Origin: Vicinamibacterales bacterium
Lineage (GTDB): Bacteria; Acidobacteriota; Vicinamibacteria; Vicinamibacterales; UBA8438
Reading direction: 5' to 3'
Length of the DNA: 64,000 nucleotides
Assembly: GCA_963666855.2 (NCBI GenBank)
Contig: CAXXTG010000171.1
Location: 3,943 to 67,942, forward strand
Position 1 is the first letter of the stretch; every line of letters starts with the position of its first letter. Positions 48,473-58,334 of this stretch are shown here, piece after piece. Made by a program: the position numbers and the translations under genes. The notes under the pieces were generated by a model, which did not search any database, had not been told where the DNA came from, and worked only from the letters and a program-made list of their open reading frames with translations.

Positions 48473-50176
48473 GTGTCCGCGCGCGCCACGCTCCTCGCGG
48501 GTCTCGCGATCCTGACGTTCTTCGTCGGGCTCGGCCGGCCCGCCATCACCGACTCGGACGAGGCGTTCTACGCGCAGGCGGGCCGGGAGATGGTCGAGAC
48601 CGGCGACTGGGTGACGCCCCGCTACAACGGCGAGCACCGGTTCGAGAAGCCGGTGCTGTTCTACTGGCTGGTCGCGTTGGCGTACCTCCCGGCCGGCGCC
48701 GGGGAGTTCGCCGCGCGCCTGCCCTCGGCGCTGGCCGGACTCGGCCTCGTGCTCGCGGCGTTCGCGTGCGCGCGCCGCTGGTACGACGACGAGACCGCGC
48801 TCCTCGCGGGCGCCGTCACCGCCACCAGCTTCGGGTACGTGGCGGTGGCGAGGCAGGCCCTGCCCGACCTCGCCCTCGCCTGCTTCATCACCGCGGCGAC
48901 GTGGGCCGCGTTCGAGGCCCTCGTGGTTCCGCGGCCGGCCGGCGCGGGCCGGCGCGGATGGCTCGCCGCGGCGGGCGTCGCCCTCTCGGCCGCGTTCCTC
49001 ACCAAGGGCCCCGTCGGCGTCGTCCTGCCCGCGCTGGCCGTGGGGCCGCCGGCGGTCTGGCGCTGCCTAACGGAGGAGCGCTCCCGGACCGACGGCGCGG
49101 GGCGGCTCCTGGCCCGGCTGGCCGGCGACGTGGGCCTTCTCGCGCTGATCTGCCTGGCCCTGACGCTGCCCTGGTTCGCGGCGATGACCGCCACCCACGG
49201 GGTCGCCTACCTCGATCGGTTCTTCATCGCCGAGAACGTGGAACGCTTCGCGACCGACCGCTACCAGCACGACCCGCGGCCGTTCTGGTTCTACCTGCCG
49301 ATCGTCGTCGGCGGACTCCTGCCCTGGTCGCCGCTGATGCTGATCTTCTGGCGGCCGTTGCGCGGCGTGGTCGCCGGAGTCCGGCGCGTGGGGGCGACCG
49401 AGGTCCGGCTGGCCCTCTGGACCCTGGCGCCGCTGCTCTTCTACTCCATCTCGATCGGCAAGCAGCCGCGCTACGTGCTGCCGGTCCTGCCGCCGCTCGC
49501 GATGCTCCTGGCGCGGGGGTTGTCGCGGGCCCTGGCGCGGCAGGCCGCGCCCGGCATCGGGCGGGACCGGCTCCTGGCCGCCGGGGGGACGGCGTCGGGG
49601 CTGGTCCTGGTGCTGTTCGGCGCGGCGGTGGCCAGGTTCGGCGTGCTCCTCGGCGACGGTCTCCCCGCGGCGGTGCGGATCGCGTCCGTCCTCATCGTCC
49701 TGTCGGGCGTGGGGGTGGCGCTGGCGGCGCTGGCGTCACGGCGGCTGCTCCCCGCCGCGCTCGCCGCCTCCACCGTGGTCACGGCCCTCGGCCTGCAGTA
49801 TTCGGTTCTCCCCCCCCCGGGGCCGGAGCCGGTCGAGCGCATGGCGGCCCTGGTCCGCGAGGCGGGCGCCGACGACATGCCGTACGGCCGCTACCGGGTC
49901 TTCGTCCGTAATCTGCTCTACTACGTCGGCCGGCCGCACGTGGATCTGTTCACGCCGGAACAGCTCCACGCGTTTCTCGACTTGCCCGAGCCGGTCCTGT
50001 GCGTGCTGCCCGAAGCCGACCTCGAGCAGGCCCGCGCGGCCGGGGCGGCGGCGTACGAGCTCGGGCGCGTCGCCTACCTCGATACGGGCCGCCTCCAGCT
50101 CGCGACCCTCCTGTGGCCCGACCCGGCCACGGACGTGCAGACCGTGGTGCTCGTCACCAACCGGGCGCCGCCGTGA
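48473..50176 (+). CDS. Glycosyltransferase family 39 (ArnT/PMT-like) membrane protein
   Basis: DSDEAFYAQAGREMVETGDWVTPRYNGEHRFEKPVLFYW (the GT-C DE/DxD loop after TM1), then more than 10 TM helices. A GTG start at 48473 is proposed because upstream codons overlap the divergent CoA-binding gene. Confidence 0.85.
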   Translation: MSARATLLAGLAILTFFVGLGRPAITDSDEAFYAQAGREMVETGDWVTPRYNGEHRFEKPVLFYWLVALAYLPAGAGEFAARLPSALAGLGLVLAAFACARRWYDDETALLAGAVTATSFGYVAVARQALPDLALACFITAATWAAFEALVVPRPAGAGRRGWLAAAGVALSAAFLTKGPVGVVLPALAVGPPAVWRCLTEERSRTDGAGRLLARLAGDVGLLALICLALTLPWFAAMTATHGVAYLDRFFIAENVERFATDRYQHDPRPFWFYLPIVVGGLLPWSPLMLIFWRPLRGVVAGVRRVGATEVRLALWTLAPLLFYSISIGKQPRYVLPVLPPLAMLLARGLSRALARQAAPGIGRDRLLAAGGTASGLVLVLFGAAVARFGVLLGDGLPAAVRIASVLIVLSGVGVALAALASRRLLPAALAASTVVTALGLQYSVLPPPGPEPVERMAALVREAGADDMPYGRYRVFVRNLLYYVGRPHVDLFTPEQLHAFLDLPEPVLCVLPEADLEQARAAGAAAYELGRVAYLDTGRLQLATLLWPDPATDVQTVVLVTNRAPP

Positions 50177-50221
50177 GGCCGCTCCCCGACCCCCCGCGGG
50201 GTCGACCCGGACCCGGCGCGG

Positions 50222-50737
50222 TCAGATGACGCGGGAGCCGGTGACCCGCGCCTTCTCCGCGAGGCGGGTCTCCACCAGCTCGGGGACGAGGCCGCGGATG
50301 GACCCGCCGAGGGCGAACACCTCCTTGACGAGGCGCGAGCTGAGATACGTGTAGGACTCGGCCGGCATCATCAGGACGGTTTCGAGGGTCGAGCTCAGCC
50401 GCCGGTTCATCAGGGCCATCTGCATCTCGAACTCGAAGTCCGAGATGGCCCGCAGCCCGCGCACGATCACGTCGGCCCGCCGCTTCCGGGCGTAGTCGAC
50501 GAGCAGGCCCTCGAACGTGTCGACCTCGACGCCGGGCCGCGACTCGAACACCGTCCGGGTCATGTCCACGCGCTCGGCGACGCTGAACAGCGGCGACTTC
50601 TCGGGGTTGACGAGGATGGCGACCACGATGCGGTCGAATAGCGCCGCCCCCCGCTCGATGATGTCGACGTGGCCGTTCGTCAACGGATCGAAGGTGCCGG
50701 GATAGACGGCGATGCGTTCGCGGCGGTCGGTGGCCAT
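50222..50737 (-). CDS. coaD: Phosphopantetheine adenylyltransferase
   Basis: IAVYPGTFDPLTNGHVDII, ISDFEFE, SSRLVKEV. Confidence 0.94.
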   Translation of the reverse strand: MATDRRERIAVYPGTFDPLTNGHVDIIERGAALFDRIVVAILVNPEKSPLFSVAERVDMTRTVFESRPGVEVDTFEGLLVDYARKRRADVIVRGLRAISDFEFEMQMALMNRRLSSTLETVLMMPAESYTYLSSRLVKEVFALGGSIRGLVPELVETRLAEKARVTGSRVI

Positions 50738-50886
50738 GGCGTGTCACGCTCCCGGTCCGGGACGGCGGCCTGCATGGTGCCACGGGCGGCGCACCGTCTG
50801 TCAACCGCCGCCGGCCCGCGGGGCGGGCCGGCGCGGACTCGCGGCCGCGTCTCTCGTCGGCGGCACGCGCCCGGCGGGCGCCCTCC

Positions 50887-51519
50887 TCACACCTCGTCGG
50901 ACGGGGGCGCCCCCCGCCCGCGGGCGCTGGTCGGCGCGCCGGCGCGCCCGGCGCCCGCCGGGCGGCGCGCGGCCCCGCCACCGGCGGCGGGCCGGTAGAA
51001 CCGCAGCGCGCTGTCGCCGGCGCGCACCGATCGCAGCGCCTCGATGGCGGGCGTGGCCGGGGGCTCGACGCGCCGCGAATGCTCGATCACGAGCCGGCCC
51101 TCCGGGCCGAGCCGGGCCGCGGACGCCGCGAGCATCCCGCCGATGTCCGGCGCGTCGTACGGCGGGTCGAGCAGAACCAGGTCGAACGCCCCGGCCCCGA
51201 GGCGGCGGAGGCCGCCGGGCAGCGCGGCCCGGCGGACGGTGCAGCGTTCGGCGAGGCCGCAGGCCGCGGCGTTGCGGCGGATCAGCGCGACCGCCCGCGG
51301 GTCGCGGTCCACGAAGACGACGTGGGCGGCGCCCCGGCTCAGCGCCTCCAGGCCGACCGCGCCGGTGCCGGCGCAGCCGTCGAGCACCCGCGCGCCCTCG
51401 ACGCGCGGGCCCAGGATGTCGAAGAGGGTCCCGCGCAGCCGGTCGGAGGTCGGGCGCAGGCCCGCCCAGCGCGGCGTGGACAGCCGGCGCCCCTTGTGCG
51501 TGCCCGCGATGATGCGCAT
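50887..51519 (-). CDS. rsmD: 16S rRNA (guanine966-N2)-methyltransferase
   Basis: MRIIAGTHKGRRL, RPTSDRLRGTLFDIL, DGCAGTGAVGLEALSRGA, LDPPY. The classic rsmD-coaD pair. Confidence 0.9.
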   Translation of the reverse strand: MRIIAGTHKGRRLSTPRWAGLRPTSDRLRGTLFDILGPRVEGARVLDGCAGTGAVGLEALSRGAAHVVFVDRDPRAVALIRRNAAACGLAERCTVRRAALPGGLRRLGAGAFDLVLLDPPYDAPDIGGMLAASAARLGPEGRLVIEHSRRVEPPATPAIEALRSVRAGDSALRFYRPAAGGGAARRPAGAGRAGAPTSARGRGAPPSDEV

Positions 51520-51526
51520 GTCCGGG

Positions 51527-53698
51527 CTACCCTACCCCGGCCAGGCCGAAGCGTTCCATCCAACCCGCGTCGAGCCGGGCCAGCAGGTCCTCCGCGACGC
51601 CCCCGCGCACGGCGCGCTCCGCCTCGTCGCGGGCGATCTCCATGAGGTCCCGATCGCGGACGAGGTCGGCGACGCGCAGGGTCGGGAGACCCGACTGCCG
51701 CGTCCCCAGCACCTCCCCGGGGCCGCGGATCTCCAGGTCGCGCTCGGACAGCTCGAAGCCGTCGGTGGTGCCGGCGACCGCCTCGAGCCGCGCGCGGCCG
51801 GCGTCGGAGAGCGGCTCGCGATAGAGCAGCCGGCACCAGGCGCGGCCGGGTCCGCGGCCGACCCGGCCCCGGAGCTGGTGAAGCTGCGCGAGGCCGAACC
51901 GCTCCGCGTGCTCGACGACCATGACGCTCGCCCCCGGCACGTCCACCCCGACCTCGATGACGGTGGTGGCCACCAGCACGTGCGCGCGGCCGGCGGCGAA
52001 GCGCGCCATGACCGCCTCGCGCTCTTCGGACTTCATGCGTCCGTGCAGCAGCTCGACGGCGCGGCCGGGGAACCGCCGCGCGAGGATCCCGGCCATCACC
52101 GCGGCCGCCTTCAGGTCGACCTTCTCCGACTCGTCGACGAGGGGATACACGACGTACGCCTGCCGGCCGGCCGCGATCTCCCGCTCGATCAGGGCGTGCA
52201 CGGCCCCCCGGCGGGACTCCGGCTCGATCCGCGTGTCGACCGGCGTCCGGCCCGGCGGCCGGTCCCGGATCACCGACACGTCGAGGTCGCCGTAGGCGGT
52301 GAGGGCGAGGCTGCGGGGAATCGGGGTCGCGGTCATGACGAGCACGTCCGGGCGCCGCCCCTTCTCGCGCAGGGTCGCCCGCTGCCGGACCCCGAAGCGG
52401 TGCTGCTCGTCGATGATCACCAGGCCGAGGGCGCGGAACGCGACCGACGGCTGCACGAGGGCGTGGGTCCCCACCGCGAGATGGGCGTCCCCCCGCGCCA
52501 GGGCCGCGAGGGTCTCGCGCCGCGCCTTCGCGCCCCGGCTCCCGGTGAGCGGGACGACCCGGAACCGCGACCGGGCCAGCAGGGGCCGCAGGGTCAGGTA
52601 GTGCTGCTCGGCGAGGAGCTCGGTGGGGGCCATGAACGCGACCTGCAGGCCGTTCTCGAGGGCGACGAGGGCGGCGAGGAGGGCGACGATGGTCTTGCCG
52701 CAGCCCACGTCGCCCTGCAGGAGCCGGTTCATCGGATGGGGGCGGCGCAGGTCGTCGACGATGGTGCGCAGGGCGCTCCTCTGGCCGGCCGTGAGCCGGA
52801 AGGGCAGCACCGCGAGGGCCGATCGGCGGATGCGGTCGTCCACCCGGACGGCGTGCGGCTTGCGCTCGCGGGTGCGGGTCCGGCCGCGGACCTCGAGACC
52901 CAGCCGGAAGAGGAACAGCTCCTCCAGAATCAACCGCGCCTGGGCGGGGGTGCGGAACCGGTTCAGCCGCTCGAGCGAGGCGCCGGGGGGCGGGAAGTGG
53001 GCCTCGCGGAGGGCCCGCCGGCGGTCGGGCAGGCGCCGGCGCGCGCGGAGGTCCGCGGGCAGGGGATCGTCGAGATCGGCCGGCAGCGCCGCGAGCGCGC
53101 GGTGCACCAATGCCCGCAACTGTTTCGTCGTCAGGGCGCCGACCCGCTCGTACACCGGCACGACGCGGGCGCCGTGCAGCGGGCCGGATTCTCCCCCGCC
53201 GCCGCCCCCGCCCTGCCCGCGCTCGTCCTCCGGCTCCCGCCGGTCCCCGTCGCCGTCCCCAAGCAGCTCGTACTGGGGGTTCGGCAGCCGCAGCCCGCCG
53301 GGGTCGCGCCACCGGGGCGTGCCGTACAACAGGACGCGCCGCCCCGGGGAGAACACCGTCTTCAGGTACGGCTGGTTCATCCACACCGCCCGGAACGTGC
53401 CCGCGCCGTCCCGCAGCAGCATCTCGAACAGGGAGAAGCCGCGGCGGCGGGTCTGCCGCAGCCCGGTGCTGACCACCGTCCCGCGGACCGCGGCGGCCTC
53501 GCCGGGCCGCAGGTCGCTCGAACGGACGAGACGGCTGCGGTCTTCGTAGCGCAGGGGGAACCGATGCAGGAGGTCGTCCGACGTGCGCAGCCCCGCCCGT
53601 TCGAGCGCCGCCGCCCGCCGGGGGCCGACCCCCTTCAGGAAGCGCAGCTCGGCGTCGAGGCCCGGGCCGGCGGAGACGGGCGGCTGTTCACTCACCAC
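51527..53698 (-). CDS. recG: ATP-dependent DNA helicase RecG
   Basis: Wedge domain (LRFLKGVGPRRAAAL), helicase motif I GDVGCGKT, DEQHRFGV, TATPIPRSL, QLHQLRGRVGRG. GTG start. Confidence 0.95.
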   Translation of the reverse strand: MVSEQPPVSAGPGLDAELRFLKGVGPRRAAALERAGLRTSDDLLHRFPLRYEDRSRLVRSSDLRPGEAAAVRGTVVSTGLRQTRRRGFSLFEMLLRDGAGTFRAVWMNQPYLKTVFSPGRRVLLYGTPRWRDPGGLRLPNPQYELLGDGDGDRREPEDERGQGGGGGGGESGPLHGARVVPVYERVGALTTKQLRALVHRALAALPADLDDPLPADLRARRRLPDRRRALREAHFPPPGASLERLNRFRTPAQARLILEELFLFRLGLEVRGRTRTRERKPHAVRVDDRIRRSALAVLPFRLTAGQRSALRTIVDDLRRPHPMNRLLQGDVGCGKTIVALLAALVALENGLQVAFMAPTELLAEQHYLTLRPLLARSRFRVVPLTGSRGAKARRETLAALARGDAHLAVGTHALVQPSVAFRALGLVIIDEQHRFGVRQRATLREKGRRPDVLVMTATPIPRSLALTAYGDLDVSVIRDRPPGRTPVDTRIEPESRRGAVHALIEREIAAGRQAYVVYPLVDESEKVDLKAAAVMAGILARRFPGRAVELLHGRMKSEEREAVMARFAAGRAHVLVATTVIEVGVDVPGASVMVVEHAERFGLAQLHQLRGRVGRGPGRAWCRLLYREPLSDAGRARLEAVAGTTDGFELSERDLEIRGPGEVLGTRQSGLPTLRVADLVRDRDLMEIARDEAERAVRGGVAEDLLARLDAGWMERFGLAGVG

Positions 53699-53717
53699 GG
53701 ACCGGCGCAGGCGAAGC

Positions 53718-54371
53718 TCACTGCACGATGACGGCCAGGCCCGGCGACAGGCGCAGCTCGGCGATGCCGTAGGGCAGGGGGATCCGGGCGTCCAGGCGCG
53801 TGCCCGCCGGCTGCTCGGGCGTCCGGGTGAAGTACCGCACCAGCTCCTGGAGCACCTCGACCGGCACGGGGATGCCGCCGACGGTCACCGTCTCCACCTC
53901 GACCCGCGCCGACCCGCCGCCGGACGTCACCCGGCCGCTCGCGGTCACCGGGAGCTGTCCCCCGAGGAACCGAAAGGGATCGAAGCCGGTGCGCTCGCGC
54001 GAATCGCGAATCGCGTCGAGGTCGATGACCGCCTCCGCCGACAGGCTGTCCCGCCCGATCCGAACGACCGGGGCCCGGATGCCCAACGGCAGGTGCGGCG
54101 CGGCCTGATGCGCGAGATAGGCGTTGACGTCGGGCTCGGGCAGCGGCGTCAGCCGGATCTCGGCGGAGGCTTCCGAGGCGTTCCGCACGATCTCCAGAAG
54201 CCTACCCTCCAGCCGGGCGCCCGATGCCTCGGCCGCCGCGCCGGGGGCCTGGACCGCCGAACGGGTCTCCGCCGCCCGCGCCGGTCCGGCGGCCACCCCC
54301 CCCGCCGCGGCGGCCGCCCCCCCCAGGGCCACCGCCAGGGCCGCCGTGCGGCCCGCCCGTCGATTGCGCAT
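53718..54371 (-). CDS. Hypothetical secreted protein
   Basis: 217 aa from ATG 54371. Signal-like MRNRRAGRTAALAVALGGAAAAAG. Non-repetitive, good coding composition, no recognised family. Divergent from lexA. Confidence 0.6.
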   Translation of the reverse strand: MRNRRAGRTAALAVALGGAAAAAGGVAAGPARAAETRSAVQAPGAAAEASGARLEGRLLEIVRNASEASAEIRLTPLPEPDVNAYLAHQAAPHLPLGIRAPVVRIGRDSLSAEAVIDLDAIRDSRERTGFDPFRFLGGQLPVTASGRVTSGGGSARVEVETVTVGGIPVPVEVLQELVRYFTRTPEQPAGTRLDARIPLPYGIAELRLSPGLAVIVQ

Positions 54372-54377
54372 CCATGC

Positions 54378-54383
54378 AGTATA
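54378..54383 (-). promoter_or_regulatory. -10-like TATACT 6 nt upstream of ATG 54371 (leaderless configuration)
   Basis: The minus strand reads GATATATACTgcatggATG. It abuts the 10-bp palindrome ATATCGATAT (54383-54392). Confidence 0.3.
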
Positions 54384-54420
54384 TATCGATATTGTTCGCC
54401 TTTTCTTTGTGTATCGTGTA

Positions 54421-54439
54421 AAGTACCGGCGTCGTACTT
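54421..54439. promoter_or_regulatory. Candidate LexA operator (SOS box): AAGTAC-N7-GTACTT
   Basis: A perfect 6+6 inverted repeat lies 44 nt upstream of the lexA start, overlapping a TAAAGT -10-like hexamer. GTAC is rare in this GC-rich sequence. Confidence 0.4.
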
Positions 54440-54482
54440 GTTCCTTCGACCCTTCCGGTTCGCCGATCGCGGGGAGGCCGAG

Positions 54483-55088
54483 TTGCAGCCACTGACCAGA
54501 CGGCAGCGGGAGATCCTCGACTATCTCAAGGAGTTCATCGACGAGCAGGGGTACGCCCCGAGCCTCGAGGAGATCGGGACCCGGTTCGGTTTGTCGTCGC
54601 TCGCCACCGTCCACAAGCACCTGATGAACCTGCAGGAGAAGGGCTTCATTCGCCGCGCCTGGAACCGCAGCCGCTCGGTGGAGCTGGTGCAGGCGCGGGC
54701 GGGGGGCCGCGCCATCGATCTGCCGCTGCTGGGGTACGTCGCCGCCGGCGAGCCGATCGAGGCGGTGGCGGGGGCCGAAACGGTCACCGTCCCCGAGGAC
54801 TTGGTGGGGGCGCGCGAGACCTACGCCCTGCGGGTCCGCGGAAACTCCATGATCGACGAACAGATCCGCGACGGCGATCTCGTCGTCGTCGAAGATCGCC
54901 GGGTCGCCCGGAACGGCGAAATGGTGGTCGCGCTGATCGACGGATCGGACGTCACCCTCAAGACGTTCTACCGCGAGAAGAACCACATCCGCCTGCAACC
55001 CGCCAACGAGGCCCTCGCCCCGATTATCGCGAAGCCGGAGACGGTGCAGGTGCAGGGTGTCGTCATCGGCGTGATCCGGCGATACTAG
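54483..55088 (+). CDS. lexA: LexA repressor (S24 peptidase)
   Basis: Winged HTH (LTRRQREILDYLKEFIDEQGYAPSLEEIG), cleavage-site region VAAGEP, Ser/Lys dyad context RVRGNSM ... TLKTF. A TTG start at 54483 is proposed, 5 nt downstream of GGGGAGG. Confidence 0.92.
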   Translation: MQPLTRRQREILDYLKEFIDEQGYAPSLEEIGTRFGLSSLATVHKHLMNLQEKGFIRRAWNRSRSVELVQARAGGRAIDLPLLGYVAAGEPIEAVAGAETVTVPEDLVGARETYALRVRGNSMIDEQIRDGDLVVVEDRRVARNGEMVVALIDGSDVTLKTFYREKNHIRLQPANEALAPIIAKPETVQVQGVVIGVIRRY

Positions 55089-55205
55089 GGGCCCGCGCCG
55101 CGGAACGGCGCGGGGCTCCCGGCGGGGCCGGCCCGGGAGCCGAAGGCGACGTTCGCCCGGCCGGGGGGACGGCGAGGCGGCCATCGCCGCGAGGACTGGC
55201 ATTCC

Positions 55206-55520
55206 ATGGAAGAACGCAAGCAGATCAACTTCACGATCGTGCCCGACGAGGCATCGGACCAGCCGCGCGTCTATTCGAACTTCTGCGCGATATCCCACAC
55301 CCCGTTCGACTTCACGCTGACCTTCTGCGAGGTTCTGCCGCCCACGGAGAAGGCGGTGCGGGAGGCGGCGGCGGACGGCGTGCTCAAGGCGCCGGTCCGG
55401 TCGCGCATCGCCGTGCCCACGGCGTTCGTGCCGAACCTCATCAAGGCGCTGCAGGACCACCTCAAGGCCTGTTCGGAGGGGGGCGGCAAGCCGGACTGGA
55501 ACAAGTCGGCGGTGCACTGA
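55206..55520 (+). CDS. DUF3467 domain protein
   Basis: 104 aa. YSNFCAISHTPFDFTLTFCEV matches the DUF3467 core pattern (Y.N...V.H.P.DF.L.F). Confidence 0.75.
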   Translation: MEERKQINFTIVPDEASDQPRVYSNFCAISHTPFDFTLTFCEVLPPTEKAVREAAADGVLKAPVRSRIAVPTAFVPNLIKALQDHLKACSEGGGKPDWNKSAVH

Positions 55521-55546
55521 CGCCGGGTCCGACCGACCGCAAGCCG

Positions 55547-56380
55547 ATGATCGGGACCCGGCCGCCGGCCCTCAAGCGCTTCGGCCAGCACTTCCTCGAG
55601 GCGGCGTGGGTGTCGAAGCTCGTGGCGTGCATCCGCCCGGCGCCGGGGGACGTGTTTCTGGAGATCGGGGCGGGGGCGGGCCAGCTCACCCTGCCCCTGG
55701 CGGCGGCGGGCGCGGCGGTCGTCGCCGTCGAGAAGGACCGCAGGCTCGCGGCCCGTCTGCGGCAGACCGCCCCGGCGTCGGTCCGCGTCGTGGCCGGCGA
55801 CGTCCTCGACGAGGACCTGGCCCGCCTCGCGGCCGAGGCGCGGGCCGGCCGGCCGAAGGGTCGGACGCGCGTCGCCGGCAACCTGCCCTACAACGTGTCC
55901 ACGCCCATCCTGCGCCGCCTGGTGGAGACCCAGCACGGTCACGCCTGCTTCGAAGACGCCACGCTCATGCTCCAGCGCGAAGTCGCGGACCGGGTCGTGG
56001 GCCGGCCGGGGTCGCGCGACTACGGCCCCCTCGCGATTCTGACGCGGGCCGCCGCCCGCGCCGAGCGGGTGCTGACACTGCCCCCCGGCGCCTTCCGGCC
56101 GCCGCCGCGCGTGCGCTCGGCGGTGGTCAGCCTGCGGTTCCGCCCCTCCCCCGCCCCGATCGCGGATCGCGCGCTGTTCGAACGCCTGGTCCGGACCCTG
56201 TTCTCGCAACGGCGCAAGACGGTGCTCAACGCGCTCGCGCCGCTGGCCCGCGGGACGTCCCGGTGCCCGCCGCGGGCGCTCCTGGAACGGGCGGACGTGG
56301 CGCCGGAGCGCCGCCCGGCCACGCTCGACCTGGCCGAGCTCGCCCGCCTCGCGGACGCCCTGGCCGCCGCGCCGCGATGA
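55547..56380 (+). CDS. rsmA: 16S rRNA (adenine1518/1519-N6)-dimethyltransferase
   Basis: KRFGQHFL, EIGAGAGQLT, GNLPYNVSTPIL, RPPPRV.S.VV.L. Confidence 0.93.
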   Translation: MIGTRPPALKRFGQHFLEAAWVSKLVACIRPAPGDVFLEIGAGAGQLTLPLAAAGAAVVAVEKDRRLAARLRQTAPASVRVVAGDVLDEDLARLAAEARAGRPKGRTRVAGNLPYNVSTPILRRLVETQHGHACFEDATLMLQREVADRVVGRPGSRDYGPLAILTRAAARAERVLTLPPGAFRPPPRVRSAVVSLRFRPSPAPIADRALFERLVRTLFSQRRKTVLNALAPLARGTSRCPPRALLERADVAPERRPATLDLAELARLADALAAAPR

Positions 56381-56642
56381 GCGCGCGACCCGCGTTCGCG
56401 TCGGGGAGCGCCGCCGCGCGGCAACGCGGCCCGGCGTTCGGCCCGCGGACGGTGGAACAGGCTCGGCCCGGAGCGTTCGAGCGTCGCCGCGCGACCACGC
56501 GGCGCGGTTCGACGCGCGGTCACGCCGGGTCGTGCCGCTACGCGGGAACGCCGCGCCGCGGATCCGATCCCGCGGATCTGTCGGCGGTCCGCCCGGCGCG
56601 GAGGACCACCGCGCCTCCGCCCCCCGCGGCCACCGAGGAAGC

Positions 56643-58331
56643 ATGACTTCGACACCAGCCCCCCCCGCGGCGGCCGAACCGGCGCTGGAGGTCGTCCCCT
56701 GCGGCGGCCTCGGCGAGTTCGGCATGAACATGATGCTCGTCACCTGGCGCGACACCGCCATCCTCGTCGACGCCGGGGCGATGTTCCCGGGGCCGGAGCT
56801 GCCCGGCGTCGACCTCGTCATTCCCGATCCCGGCCCCATCGCGGAGCGCGTGGGCCGGCTCTCGGCGGTGGTGCTGACCCACGGACACGAGGACCACATC
56901 GGGGCCCTGCCCTACGTGTGGCCGCTCTTGGACGGACCGGTGTACGGGACCCCGCTGACCCTCGCCCTCGCCGCCAGGAAGCTGGCCGAGCACGGCTTCG
57001 ACCCCGACGAGCGCTGCCGCCCGTTGGAGGCCGGCGGCGCCGCGGACGTCGGCGAGGTCACCGTCGAGTTCATCCGGGTGACCCACAGCATGCCGGACTG
57101 CGTGGCGGTGGCCCTGCACACCCCGGCCGGCGTCGTCGTGCACAGCGGCGACTTCAAGATCGACCAGACCCCGATCGACGGCCAACCGACGGACATCCAC
57201 CGCTTCGCGGAGCTCGGCCGGCGGGGGGTGCTCGCCTTCTTCGGCGACAGCACCAATATCGAGCGGCCCGGGTTCACCGGGTCGGAGATCGACGTGGTGC
57301 CGGGGCTCGAAGAGGTTTTCGCGGGCGCGAAGGGCCGGGTGGTGGTCACCGCGTTCGCGTCGAGCCTGCACCGGATCCGGATTCTCGCGGACCTCGCCGC
57401 GCGGTTCGACCGCAAGCTCGCCTTCGTGGGACGCGGCATCGTCCAGAACACGGAGACGGCGACGCGGCTCGGACACCTGCGTCTGCCCGCCGGCCTGCAG
57501 ATCCGGGATGCCGACATCGACGGCTACCCCGCCCGCCGCGTCGCCTGCGTGTGCACCGGGTCGCAGGGCGAACCCCTCGCCGCGCTGTCGCGCATCGCCA
57601 TCGACAACCACCGCCACGTGCGGCTCGAGCCCGACGACGTCGTGGTCTTCTCGGCCCGCGCCATTCCCGGCAACCAGCGGGCCATCGGGCGGGTGATGGA
57701 CCACATCGCCCGCCGCGGGGCGGAAGTGGTGCACGACGCGCGCCGGGCGGTGCACGTCTCGGGACACGGCGGCGCCGAGGAGCTGAAATTGTTGCTGTCG
57801 CTGGTCAGGCCGCGCTACTTCGTGCCGATACATGGGGAGTACAGATACCTCGCGGAGCACGCCCGGGTCGCCGCGCGGGTCACCGGAGGAGAGACCACGG
57901 TGTTGCTGGCCGAAGACGGGGACGTCATCCGCCTCGCCCCCGGCGGGGGGCGCATCGCGGGCCGGGTCGCGACCGGCCGCGTCCTCATCGACGGCACGCG
58001 GTCCGGCGCGGTCGGCAGCGAGGTCCTGCGGCACCGCCGGCGCCTCGCGGCGGACGGCGTGGTCGTCCCGGTGATCGCCGTCAACCGGCGGGAGGGCAGG
58101 ATCGAGGGGCGGCCGGACGTCGTCACGCGGGGCGTCGTGCTCGACGACCGTACGAACGTCGTGCTCGACACCGTGCCGGACTGGCTGACCGGGGTCCTCG
58201 CCGGGGCCGGCCCCGAGGAGATGTCCGATCGCGACCTGCTCACCGAGCGCGTCCGCATCGAGCTGCAACGCCTGTTCCGAAGGCAGGCGGGCCGGCGGCC
58301 CCTCGTGCTGCCGGTCATCATGGAGGTCTGA
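56643..58331 (+). CDS. rnj: Ribonuclease J
   Basis: Metallo-beta-lactamase/beta-CASP (LTHGHEDHIGALPY, HSGDFK, DSTN, HVSGHG). ATG 56643 lies behind GAGGAAG. Confidence 0.92.
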   Translation: MTSTPAPPAAAEPALEVVPCGGLGEFGMNMMLVTWRDTAILVDAGAMFPGPELPGVDLVIPDPGPIAERVGRLSAVVLTHGHEDHIGALPYVWPLLDGPVYGTPLTLALAARKLAEHGFDPDERCRPLEAGGAADVGEVTVEFIRVTHSMPDCVAVALHTPAGVVVHSGDFKIDQTPIDGQPTDIHRFAELGRRGVLAFFGDSTNIERPGFTGSEIDVVPGLEEVFAGAKGRVVVTAFASSLHRIRILADLAARFDRKLAFVGRGIVQNTETATRLGHLRLPAGLQIRDADIDGYPARRVACVCTGSQGEPLAALSRIAIDNHRHVRLEPDDVVVFSARAIPGNQRAIGRVMDHIARRGAEVVHDARRAVHVSGHGGAEELKLLLSLVRPRYFVPIHGEYRYLAEHARVAARVTGGETTVLLAEDGDVIRLAPGGGRIAGRVATGRVLIDGTRSGAVGSEVLRHRRRLAADGVVVPVIAVNRREGRIEGRPDVVTRGVVLDDRTNVVLDTVPDWLTGVLAGAGPEEMSDRDLLTERVRIELQRLFRRQAGRRPLVLPVIMEV

Positions 58332-58334
58332 CGG

